From the NCBI GenBank assembly GCA_963837465.1, contig CAWINB010000004.1, forward strand, positions 202,853 through 266,852: DNA of 64,000 nucleotides, written 5' to 3'. The stretch comes from Candidatus Doudnabacteria bacterium (lineage in GTDB: Bacteria > Patescibacteriota > Doudnabacteria > UBA920). Below the pieces are notes generated by a model that was not told the origin of the DNA, did not search any database, and saw nothing but the letters and a program-made list of their open reading frames with translations. Of this stretch, positions 9,890-18,363 are shown piece by piece. A program made the position numbers and the translations under genes. How positions within the stretch are numbered: position 1 is the stretch's first letter; each line of letters begins with the position of its first letter.

Positions 9890-11501
9890 TTATTGTTTAA
9901 TATACGTTACCACGCTCTGTCCCGCGCTTAAGCCGCTGGTTATTTCCACCAAGCCGCCGTCGGCGTTAAGCCCGGTCTGCACCTGCGCCTGGTGATAGGT
10001 TTTCTTTTTCGGGTCATCAATCACCCGCACGTATTCGTTGCCGTTTTGGCTGATGATGGCGCTGCTGGGCACGGCCAAAACATTTTGTTTTTGCGCCACT
10101 AAAATTGTCATATTGGCAGTCATCCCCGGCTTAACATCAGAAATTTGCGGGATGCTGGCTTTAACCAGGTAATCCACTACTCCGGAAATTACCGTGGCTC
10201 CGGGATCAATGCTTAAAACGGTTCCGGCAAAGTGCCGGTCCGGACCCAAAGCGTCAAAAGTAATATCCACGCTTTGCCCTGGCTGCAAAGAAGCCACATC
10301 GGCCTCGCTGACATCGGCCTCAACATGCAAATTATTAACATCCTGCAAAATTATGGCTTCCTGCAAGGCCGGAGCCTGCTCGCCGACTTTGGTATCAACC
10401 GAAGTTATGGTCCCGTCGCTGGGCGCGGTAATAACAGTATCGGCCAAATTAGCCTGGGCCTGCTGCGCCTGTCCCTGGGCCGAAACTATCTGCGCCTGGG
10501 CCGCGGCAATGTCCGCCGGCTGCGCCTGGGCCGTTTGTTCGTTTAAACTGGCCTGGGCCTGGGCCAAAGCTGTTTCGCTGCTGTTAAGCTGGTCCTGGGC
10601 GGCCGCGATTTCGCTGTCGCGATTTTTTAAAACCGCCTGGTAAGCATTGTAATTGGTAAGATAGGAAGAAGAATAAGTATTGGGGATACTGACTGTCCAG
10701 CTGTCTGTGGTGGAAGGGTTGGAGCTGAATTGGATGTATAAACCGTTGCCGCCCATCGCCACCGGCTGGCCGCGTACCGGTCCGGAAGAGGTCTCAAGCC
10801 CGCTGAGATTAAACTGCAATCCGCTGCCGGTGCTGTAAATGGTAATATCATAAACTCCCTGGTTTGTGCCTGAATAAGTTCCGGTTATAACCGGAATGGT
10901 ATTGTCGCTGTTGCCGCTGCTGGGTACCGCGGAATTACCGCTGTTAAGCAAAGTAGTGTAGGCGTTCTGTACCGCGGTATCCTGTTGAGCCTGGGTGGTG
11001 GCCAGGCTGCTGGAGGCATTGGTAACCGCCACCTGAGCCGCGTCCACGGCTTCCTGCGCCACGGCAATTTGCTGGTCGCTGGACCCGTCCAGCACCTTTT
11101 GGTAATTGGCCCGAGCCTGATCCAATCCGCCTTCGGCGGAAGTTAAGGCGGCATCCGCTTTTGGCATCCAGGGTAGCCAAAACCTGGCCGGCTTTAACCG
11201 TATCGCCTTCCTGGACGTTAACCGTTTTTACCACGCCGCTGGTTTGGAAGCTTAAGTTTAAATCTGTCTGGCTAACCACCTGTCCCGTAGTCAAAACAGT
11301 CTGCTGGAGGTTTTGCTTTGCCACCACGGCAGTCTCTATATTGGAGGCATTGTTGCCGCCTTTAAAAATTTTATACAAAATCGGCGCGGCAATAACCAAA
11401 ATAACCACCGTCCAGATGATTTTCTTTTTGGTCAACCAGCGGCGCCAACCGGTTTTTGCCTGAGGGTTAAAGCCGGCGGAAGTTTCTTGATCCATATCCA
11501 T
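9890..11501 (-). CDS. MacA/HlyD-like periplasmic adaptor (membrane fusion protein), interrupted by a frameshift
   Basis: ORF 10944..11501 encodes a TM anchor, the first beta-barrel strand and the start of a coiled coil. ORF 9890..11167 continues in another frame with a long coiled coil, lipoyl/beta-barrel motifs and a membrane-proximal domain. The frames switch at an A4 run near 11161, where ...LDAK(S|A)DAALTSAEGG reads through. Confidence 0.75.
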
Positions 11502-11563
11502 AAAGGTAAAATATTTTTATTAAAATTAAATTATTAAGCAATAAGCCCAAAACGGCAAATTTG

Positions 11564-11932
11564 TTATGGTTCGCGGCGTTTTTTTTGCAAAACGCCCCCG
11601 AAAAAATTTTGAAAATGTTCTTTAGCCTGGCTCTCCAATCCCGTGCCGGATAAATTTCCCATAATTGTTTCCACAAAATCCGCCAGCTGGTCGGTCTTCA
11701 TCAGCCCCAGCACTTTGCCGAACTTGCCCATAACCACGATCTGGTCGCCGGGCTTTAGGCCAAGGTCCTTCCTGGCCTGGGCCGGAATCACCAACTGCCC
11801 GCGACTGCCCAAAGTAGTGGTGCCGTAAAGCTTATCCTGCGCCCGCATCCTTTTTTGGATTTTTTTTTGCAAATCCAGCTTCATAAAATTTACTGTTATT
11901 AAGTATGATATTTCATACTTATCATACACCAA
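11564..11932 (-). CDS. AbrB/MazE/SpoVT-family DNA-binding protein
   Basis: The swapped-hairpin motif LGSRGQLVIPAQARKDLGLKPGDQIVVM is present. The real start is probably the internal Met (MKLD or MRAQ). Confidence 0.6.
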   Translation of the reverse strand: MVYDKYEISYLITVNFMKLDLQKKIQKRMRAQDKLYGTTTLGSRGQLVIPAQARKDLGLKPGDQIVVMGKFGKVLGLMKTDQLADFVETIMGNLSGTGLESQAKEHFQNFFGGVLQKKRREP

Positions 11933-11967
11933 AGGCGGAGTTTGTCAAGAGGCTCCGGGGGAGCGGG

Positions 11968-13377
11968 TTAAAGAAGGCCGAAGTAATCCATGGATGACAG
12001 GGCTTTAAAGATCGCCTTATCCAGTTGTTTGGTTTGGAAAGCTTTATCCCGTTTCGCTTCAGGCACCGCTACTTCGTAAATAGTCGGCATGGCCAAAGCC
12101 AGAGATTGGCCAAGGGTTAGGCGTTGGGCCAGAGCGGAGTAGGCAGGATAATAGTCGCGGCCGCTAAAGTACAAATCCGAAGCGCTTGGAGCCGCGGGCT
12201 TGCCGTTGAACATCATCCAAGCCAGGGAACTTTCGGCAAAATTTTTACAGGGCGCGGACTGGGCTCTTGCCGATTCAAAATCCTCAACGCCGCCTAATTC
12301 CAAAAGCAGCGCTGTTAATTTTTCTTTTGTCCGGGTCAGCCTGGTGGTTTGGTTAAAGCCTCCGGCGCAGGCCAGCCCGGCATAAAGCAAAACCGTAAAA
12401 CACAAAGGGCTTGATGGATAAATTTTTCTTTTTTCCATCAAGCCAACAACATCCCGGCTTTCCCGCGGCAAATTAAGCAAAGCCTGCCTGCGACCGTCGG
12501 GACCAATACCCCAAAACATAAAGGTATGTTCCTGTCCAAAATGGCGCCGCCACAGGTTTTGGCCCTGGCGGCTTAAAACCATCCGGGAGAGGATATGGGC
12601 CGGGTTTTTAAAAACACGGATAAAGTAATTTATAATTAAAGTTTCCAAAGGCAGATAAACCGCTCTGGGAGCCGAAGGAAAAACAACCTGCCAAAACCTG
12701 TGGCTTATATGGCAGGCTTGGGCGGAAAAATTTTCCGCTCCGGGGCAATCTTCCATTTTCAGCAAATCCAGCAAATCACCAAAACGTCCGTCGCCGTGCT
12801 TTTTAATATAATCGATATTTTTTCCGGAAACAGCCGGCGCGGAAAAGACGGGCAGGGTTTTTTGGCGGTCCGGGAAAAAAGAATACCGCCGCAAATCCCC
12901 GCTGTTGTCACGGCAGAGCAGGGAGCCTGACCAGGAAGAAGTGTTATTTAAAGACACGCTCTCGGTGGCCAAAATCACGGCCGACTCCCCAGGCTTAAAA
13001 GCCAGGGAATAAATTAAGTCACTGTTGACAAAAATAGGATGCCCCCAAATACCGTGATGATCCACTGTGGAAACTAAGGGTTTTTTTATGAGTTGGGCGG
13101 TTGCGGAAGCGGCCAGGTCATCGCCATAATAAAATTTTAACAATTGGCCAAATACAAATAAAAAATCTTCGTCCGGCGGTTTGCCCGGAACTTCCCATCG
13201 CTTGGTTATGTAATCTTTTAAAATTTCACCGCCGTAACTGCCCGCTATTTCACCCAGCGCCGGCCGGCGTAAAAAAACTTCTTTTCGCATCTTCTCTATT
13301 ATATCCATATCCAGTATATTATACCGCCGCCGCCGGAATAAAAAAATACCCCCAAGAGGCTGTCTGAAAAGATCCAT
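11968..13377 (-). CDS. Hypothetical protein, 469 aa
   Basis: Long ORF with coding-like composition and no recognisable motif. Confidence 0.4.
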   Translation of the reverse strand: MDLFRQPLGGIFLFRRRRYNILDMDIIEKMRKEVFLRRPALGEIAGSYGGEILKDYITKRWEVPGKPPDEDFLFVFGQLLKFYYGDDLAASATAQLIKKPLVSTVDHHGIWGHPIFVNSDLIYSLAFKPGESAVILATESVSLNNTSSWSGSLLCRDNSGDLRRYSFFPDRQKTLPVFSAPAVSGKNIDYIKKHGDGRFGDLLDLLKMEDCPGAENFSAQACHISHRFWQVVFPSAPRAVYLPLETLIINYFIRVFKNPAHILSRMVLSRQGQNLWRRHFGQEHTFMFWGIGPDGRRQALLNLPRESRDVVGLMEKRKIYPSSPLCFTVLLYAGLACAGGFNQTTRLTRTKEKLTALLLELGGVEDFESARAQSAPCKNFAESSLAWMMFNGKPAAPSASDLYFSGRDYYPAYSALAQRLTLGQSLALAMPTIYEVAVPEAKRDKAFQTKQLDKAIFKALSSMDYFGLL

Positions 13378-13467
13378 TTCTGCCGCAATTTCAGCATTTC
13401 GGCAGAAATGGACTTTATGGACTGTTTCTTAGAAGGGGTATTCGCAAGTAAATTACGGCTACAAAGC

Positions 13468-13995
13468 TTACCTGACCCCTTCGGGGGTAAGGATGTGCAT
13501 GCCCGGGGCAAAGTCCCCTGTTTGGCTACTCAGGCAAAAATAATAGGCATAGTCGGGATACACCACGGTTGTGCCGTTGGCGCCCAAAAAAGTGGTGCCG
13601 CTTGGGTAATAATAATATTGGCTGCCATTGGTGCCCGGAGGAACCGGCGCCGGATAAGTAATGGATGGGCACACTCCGTCCGGCGGCTGGGGGTCTGAAG
13701 GGAGCGATGATGTGTATATAGGCACCAGCAGGCTGGTAATGGAAGGGTAGCCTTGGTTATCGGAAAAATACAGTTCCAGGCCCGTATTCATTTGGGCCAT
13801 ATCGGCAAGCCGTTTGGCATCCCGGCTTTTTTGTCGGGCCGACGACAAAGCTATTAAAGCTATGGAGGCCAAAAGACCGATAATGGCCACAACCACGAGC
13901 AATTCTATCAAAGTAAAACCCCTGGCGTTTTTATAAACGCCCGGGTTTTCGGGGTGTTGTTTTTCAGGCAAATTAATATTAAAAAAACCAAGCAC
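13468..13995 (-). CDS. Type IV pilin / pseudopilin-like protein (prepilin N-terminal methylation motif)
   Basis: The leader ends in G, followed by FTLIELLVVVAIIGLLASIAL, the class III signal and hydrophobic alpha1 helix. The mature domain is small. Confidence 0.8.
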   Translation of the reverse strand: MLGFFNINLPEKQHPENPGVYKNARGFTLIELLVVVAIIGLLASIALIALSSARQKSRDAKRLADMAQMNTGLELYFSDNQGYPSITSLLVPIYTSSLPSDPQPPDGVCPSITYPAPVPPGTNGSQYYYYPSGTTFLGANGTTVVYPDYAYYFCLSSQTGDFAPGMHILTPEGVR

Positions 13996-14182
13996 GATTT
14001 TTTGTTTTTAATTTTTTATTTCTTTCACAGACGGATATCTTATGCCCAATAATTATAGCAGATGTCCGGTATTTTTCAAAATGTATAACCAGGAAGTCGC
14101 GTTTTGCCCTTGAAAAAAAAGCCTAAATAGCGTAAAATGTCAGGGATAGTCAAAGGTTCCGGTCAAAAAGAGCTTGCGGTTT

Positions 14183-14258
14183 GGGACGGTAGCTCAGCTG
14201 GTAGAGCAGCGGCCTTTTAAGCCGTTTGTCCCGGGTTCGACCCCCGGCCGTCCCACCA
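14183..14258 (+). tRNA. tRNA-Lys(TTT), copy 1, CCA encoded
   Basis: Cloverleaf with acceptor GGGACGG/CCGTCCC, anticodon stem GCGGC/GCCGT, loop CTTTTAA, T-arm CCGGG-TTCGACC-CCCGG. Confidence 0.9.
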
Positions 14259-14261
14259 AAA

Positions 14262-14300
14262 TTTTCAAGCTTTCAAAGCAACTACTTTTAAATAAGTAGT
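14262..14300 (+). terminator. Rho-independent terminator-like hairpin after tRNA-Lys
   Basis: AAAGCAACTACTTTTAAATAAGTAGTTGCTTTTTTATTT, a perfect 12-bp stem followed by a T-run. Confidence 0.6.
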
Positions 14301-14551
14301 TGCTTTTTTATTTGTGTCCAGCTTTTTGCGGACTTCAGCCATTTATTTTGGAGATAACAAGTATGGAGCAACATTTTAAAGTTAACATTGGCGGCCGCTG
14401 CGGCTTGATGCATGTTTATGGAGATGGCGGTTGGTTAGAAATTGCGACCAATGAGCAGGACTACCATGACATGGGGGTTAAATACAATGTCGACAGCTGC
14501 GATCTGGTTAACGGCAAATGGGTTTTTCAGCCATTTGATTTTCAAAAATAA
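14300..14551 (+). CDS. Small hypothetical protein (island)
   Basis: 83 aa ORF at the island start. No motif recognised. Confidence 0.3.
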   Translation: MLFYLCPAFCGLQPFILEITSMEQHFKVNIGGRCGLMHVYGDGGWLEIATNEQDYHDMGVKYNVDSCDLVNGKWVFQPFDFQK

Positions 14552-14577
14552 TTAATCAAAAAAGAAAGGATAAATTT

Positions 14578-14802
14578 ATGGAGTATTTATTGGGTGTAGT
14601 AGTGTCTATTATAGTGGAAGTGGTCAAAAAATATTCTAACAGCAACACCGTTGGCACTTATGCCATTTTGCTGGTGGTGTCAGTGCTTGGAGCAGCTGGG
14701 TATTATTACGCCTCGCATTCGGCATACTGGCCGACTGCGCTGCAAATTTTGACCAGTGCTGCGGCATTCCACAACTTGGTGATTCGGCAGCTGGCTGATT
14801 AG
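14578..14802 (+). CDS. Small membrane protein with two predicted TM helices (island)
   Basis: 74 aa ORF with two hydrophobic helices, holin-like in size. Function unknown. Confidence 0.3.
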   Translation: MEYLLGVVVSIIVEVVKKYSNSNTVGTYAILLVVSVLGAAGYYYASHSAYWPTALQILTSAAAFHNLVIRQLAD

Positions 14803-15098
14803 GTGGGTATAACTTACGGCAGGCAGCTAAAAACAGGCTTGGTTTGCAGGCCTGTTTTTCATTTGACCTTAAGTATTTTTAGAGTATAATTAAGGTATAC
14901 AAAGTTGTCGCAGATTTAAAACAAAAGTTAAGATTTCATGTCTTTCAAGCAATTTAATTTTCCGGATAGCCGCAAGGACTCATTTTGCCGGTAACCAGCC
15001 ATTGTCACATCACCATTGACAATGGCCTTGACTCGTGGTAACATTAACGTTCCCTGTAACAGTCGGCCATCCCTATCGTTATTATTAATAGATGACTT

Positions 15099-15443
15099 AT
15101 GGCTGACGAAAAGTGCGTCATTGACATTTTAGATTACAGGCAAGTTCGGATAGTTTTCACCGAGAAGAAATGGATGTTTAAGTGCCAGACCCATCCTGAA
15201 CTAAAAAGCCAAACCTTTTTAAAAAACGTTGAACGGACGTTGCAAGAGCCTGAAGAGGTCTGGGAAGATTACGACGATCCTAAGCATAAATATTGTTATT
15301 ACCGAAAATACTCCACCAATACTATGGTCAAAGTCGTAGTATGGATGGATGGAGATAACCACATTGTTACGGCTTACGAAACTGATTTTATTAAAGAGAC
15401 CAAGTATCAACCGGATTTAAAACAAGTTTATAAAAAATTGTGA
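15099..15443 (+). CDS. Hypothetical protein (first gene of a small pair)
   Basis: 114 aa ORF placed 8 nt before the next ORF. No motif recognised. Confidence 0.35.
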   Translation: MADEKCVIDILDYRQVRIVFTEKKWMFKCQTHPELKSQTFLKNVERTLQEPEEVWEDYDDPKHKYCYYRKYSTNTMVKVVVWMDGDNHIVTAYETDFIKETKYQPDLKQVYKKL

Positions 15444-15450
15444 GGTATTT

Positions 15451-15861
15451 ATGACCGAAGCAATCCAAGAACAAAAGAAGAAAGAAATCTTTGATTTCGT
15501 TTACGGGCTTCCTGCAATGGCAAAAAAGGACGGCTGGGTTCTTCGCTATGATCCGGAAAGCGACGAAGCATCAATCACTGTCCCAGAACTCTCCGACGAC
15601 GCCCGCATCCACTATGTCAACGACGAAATCGCCCTCTATTTTTCCAAAGGTGTTATCCAGGGCTTGTTTATCGAATACTTCCGCAAGAACTTCGTTCAGC
15701 ATCAACCCAATGATCTCACCGCCTTGGCAGAAAAAATAAACACCCCTTCCGAAAATGAGGGTTTTGTTGAGATGTCTTGGAATAAGGTAGAAAAAATCGC
15801 TCCGGATTTGGAAGATTCCATCAAGCGCGCTTTGGTGAAAGACGCAGCACTATCAGTATAA
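15451..15861 (+). CDS. Hypothetical protein (second gene of the pair)
   Basis: 136 aa ORF followed by a terminator hairpin at about 15905..15955 (AAAAAAAAGCCGGGAG...CTCGGCTTTTTTG). Confidence 0.35.
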   Translation: MTEAIQEQKKKEIFDFVYGLPAMAKKDGWVLRYDPESDEASITVPELSDDARIHYVNDEIALYFSKGVIQGLFIEYFRKNFVQHQPNDLTALAEKINTPSENEGFVEMSWNKVEKIAPDLEDSIKRALVKDAALSV

Positions 15862-16198
15862 ATTACTTTGCTAAACCCCTCCGAATTCTGTAACAGGACC
15901 CGGAGGTTCCAAAAAAAAAGCCGGGAGTCCAGTGTTCTGGATATCTCGGCTTTTTTGTTATAATGGAGCTATGGGAACAGTAATTTTAATTATTTTAGCA
16001 TATCTTGTGGTCGGCTTACTCATGGTCTTTTGGGATTTCCGCAGAAACAACTCATTACATGAACCACCGCGTTTTATTCATGACCGTAGCGTAAGCACGG
16101 CAATAATTTTTGTATTAATTTGGCCTTACAAATTACTTGCAAAAATTTAACGATCGAGTTATATTAACTTTAGATTTTCGGCGAAGGCCTACCCTTTA

Positions 16199-16831
16199 TT
16201 GGTGGAGATTGGTCTAGTAGGTAGAATCAAACGGAACGGACCTGTTAGAATAGCCGAAAACGCAAACCCCGCAAGGGGTTTGTTTTATTACTTGCCAATA
16301 AATTTGGGGCAAGTTAATATGTTTAACAGCATGATAACTTTTGACAAAATTAAAGATTTTTTTAAACAAGGCTGGACTTATAAACGCATAGGCAATCAGT
16401 TTGGGGTGAGCAGGCAGCGTATCCAGCAGGTCGTTAAAGAGAATGGCTATGGTAATAGGCGGCCGCCTGTTCCCGATTTCACCGACGAAAAAAAATTTAA
16501 ACAGTCGGAATTTTATAGGAAGAGGGTCAAGCAATTCGGACGCTTTAATTTACGAGATTATTTAAACCGGCAACCAGTTTCAAAAAAGAAACGTTTAGAA
16601 GTTTTTCAGCGTGATAATTTTACCTGCCAATATTGCGGTAAAAAGAGAGGGGAAGTCAAACTTTCTGTTACTCACAAAATCCCCCTCTCTCGTGATAATC
16701 GAGACAACTTTCACGATATAGAAAATTTAATTACAGCTTGCAGGAGCTGCTCCAGTAAAAAAGGCTACAGAACCCACGAGGAATTCGTCAGCAATAAAAA
16801 GGTCACTATGTTTGAAGCTTTAGGCAAATAA
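16199..16831 (+). CDS. HNH endonuclease with N-terminal HTH
   Basis: HNH beta-beta-alpha zinc motif CQYCGKK...VTHKIPLSRDNRDNFHDIENLITACRSCSSKKG. An HTH (YKRIGNQFGVSRQRIQQVV) sits upstream. The real start is probably an internal Met. Confidence 0.75.
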   Translation: MVEIGLVGRIKRNGPVRIAENANPARGLFYYLPINLGQVNMFNSMITFDKIKDFFKQGWTYKRIGNQFGVSRQRIQQVVKENGYGNRRPPVPDFTDEKKFKQSEFYRKRVKQFGRFNLRDYLNRQPVSKKKRLEVFQRDNFTCQYCGKKRGEVKLSVTHKIPLSRDNRDNFHDIENLITACRSCSSKKGYRTHEEFVSNKKVTMFEALGK

Positions 16832-17149
16832 GGTAATTTTTATATCTAAAATAGACCTAATAAAGCCCGAAAAGGGCTATTTTTATTAGGTTTTCGCTTA
16901 TTCTTGACAAAATAGCTAAAATAATGTATAATTATATGTCTTAATAATTCCACTTTTGTAGGGGTTTATTAGGACGCATTTTGATCTTAAATATTTCAAA
17001 GGGGGACTATTTTTGAGAAGATAAAGAGATTCTTTGGGCAGATTTGCATACAACTTTTTGTATTCATCTCCGCCCAAGGAATCAGATAGTGTTCATGAGA
17101 CTATCTGGCACCTGGTTGCAGTTAACTTTCTGAAACAGGAGAATTCCAC

Positions 17150-17938
17150 ATGAAGACGCTTTCGATGATCATCACGCTTTCGCTTTCCGTTTCCGCATTC
17201 GGAGCCGATGTGCATCATATGCACAAAGGGAAGATCGAAGCTGACAGCACAACTACTGCCAACCCGGCCAGCACAGGAGCCAAGGTTCTCGTTTGGTCAG
17301 ACAAGAAGTTCTATCTGCCCGGCGAGGAAATCAAGCTCCGAGCGCTCGGCTTCGCCGCCGACGCAACCCAGCTCCAGATTTCCATCTCGGAGCAGTTCAC
17401 TGACGATCAGGGCAATGTGGTTTCCACAAACTACTATCCCTGTGAGTGCGGCGACAGCAACGCCGGATACGTCCCGACTCTGGCTAACTTCAACTTCATC
17501 ACGTTGCTTTCCAAACGCGTTCCGCAGCTTGCCATTGGCCGGTATGACTTCACGGTTACAATCAGCCAGTTTCCCGGCAACGGCGCAGCTAGTCTGCCTT
17601 ATCAGACCACTCAACTCACCGTATTTGGTATGATAAGCAATGCACCGGAGGTTAACCCGATCGTCATCAATCAGATCCAGCAGGGTGTCAGCCAGGGACC
17701 CATCATACTGGTCACCGGACGGTTTCCCAAGAATGTCCCGATGAACTACTTTATCGGCGCAGCACCTTATGAAGGGAGCTTTTCAGATCAACCGACCGCA
17801 ATCTCCACGGATGGCACGTCGCTGATCTTGCCGGGGCTGAGCGGATCTCGCATGGAAAGCCGGGTCATCCTCATGTTGCCGGACGGAAGTTTCAGCACCA
17901 CTTCGGCGCAGAACTTTCTGCCAGCGATCACGCACTAA
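17150..17938 (+). CDS. Secreted hypothetical protein in a GC-rich pocket
   Basis: Signal peptide MKTLSMIITLSLSVSAFGA. GC content is clearly higher than the surrounding AT-rich island, consistent with foreign origin. Confidence 0.5.
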   Translation: MKTLSMIITLSLSVSAFGADVHHMHKGKIEADSTTTANPASTGAKVLVWSDKKFYLPGEEIKLRALGFAADATQLQISISEQFTDDQGNVVSTNYYPCECGDSNAGYVPTLANFNFITLLSKRVPQLAIGRYDFTVTISQFPGNGAASLPYQTTQLTVFGMISNAPEVNPIVINQIQQGVSQGPIILVTGRFPKNVPMNYFIGAAPYEGSFSDQPTAISTDGTSLILPGLSGSRMESRVILMLPDGSFSTTSAQNFLPAITH

Positions 17939-18018
17939 CCTTCTCGATTCTAAATCCTTGCTTAATGCAAGGTAGCCGCGGCATCCTCAATGGATAGTCC
18001 GCGGCTTTCTTTTGGTTT

Positions 18019-18243
18019 CTAAAAAGTTTTAAATAGCTCCTCAAGGCTGGTGCCTAAGGCTTTGGCTATTTTTTCTATATTTTTCAAAGCTATATTCCGT
18101 TCCCCTCGTTCGACACCACCAATATATGTGCGATCTAACCCAGACTTATTGGCTAAAGCCATTTGGGAAGTGATCCCTTTTTTCAGGCGTAGCTGATAAA
18201 TGCGCTTACCAAACTTCTTTAAAATGTCATTGTTTTTATTCAC
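18019..18243 (-). CDS. XRE-family helix-turn-helix transcriptional regulator
   Basis: 74 aa ORF with the classic Cro/C1 HTH (LRLKKGITSQMALANKSGLDRTYIGGVERGERNIALKNIEKIAKALG). Confidence 0.8.
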   Translation of the reverse strand: MNKNNDILKKFGKRIYQLRLKKGITSQMALANKSGLDRTYIGGVERGERNIALKNIEKIAKALGTSLEELFKTF

Positions 18244-18363
18244 CCTTTAAGAATAAAGGGCAGATGATTATAAGGCGACGGACTATGAGTATCAGTAAAC
18301 CTGTGGTATAATGCGGGAAAAGGTGTATAATATAGGAAACATTAACTTTTAGAAACAAAAACA

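Noticed and set aside
10194-10643. Ala/Cys/Trp-rich plus-strand ORFs (10194..10643 and 10232..10546), and minus-strand ORFs 10627..10851 and 10885..11067
   Set aside because: They are alternative frames of the GC-rich coiled-coil region of the MacA-like adaptor. Their composition is the mirror of the real frame.
9890-11167. Treating 9890..11167 and 10944..11501 as two separate genes
   Set aside because: The upstream ORF lacks everything after the first beta strand, and the downstream ORF starts mid-coiled-coil. A single base in an A-run reconciles them into one adaptor.
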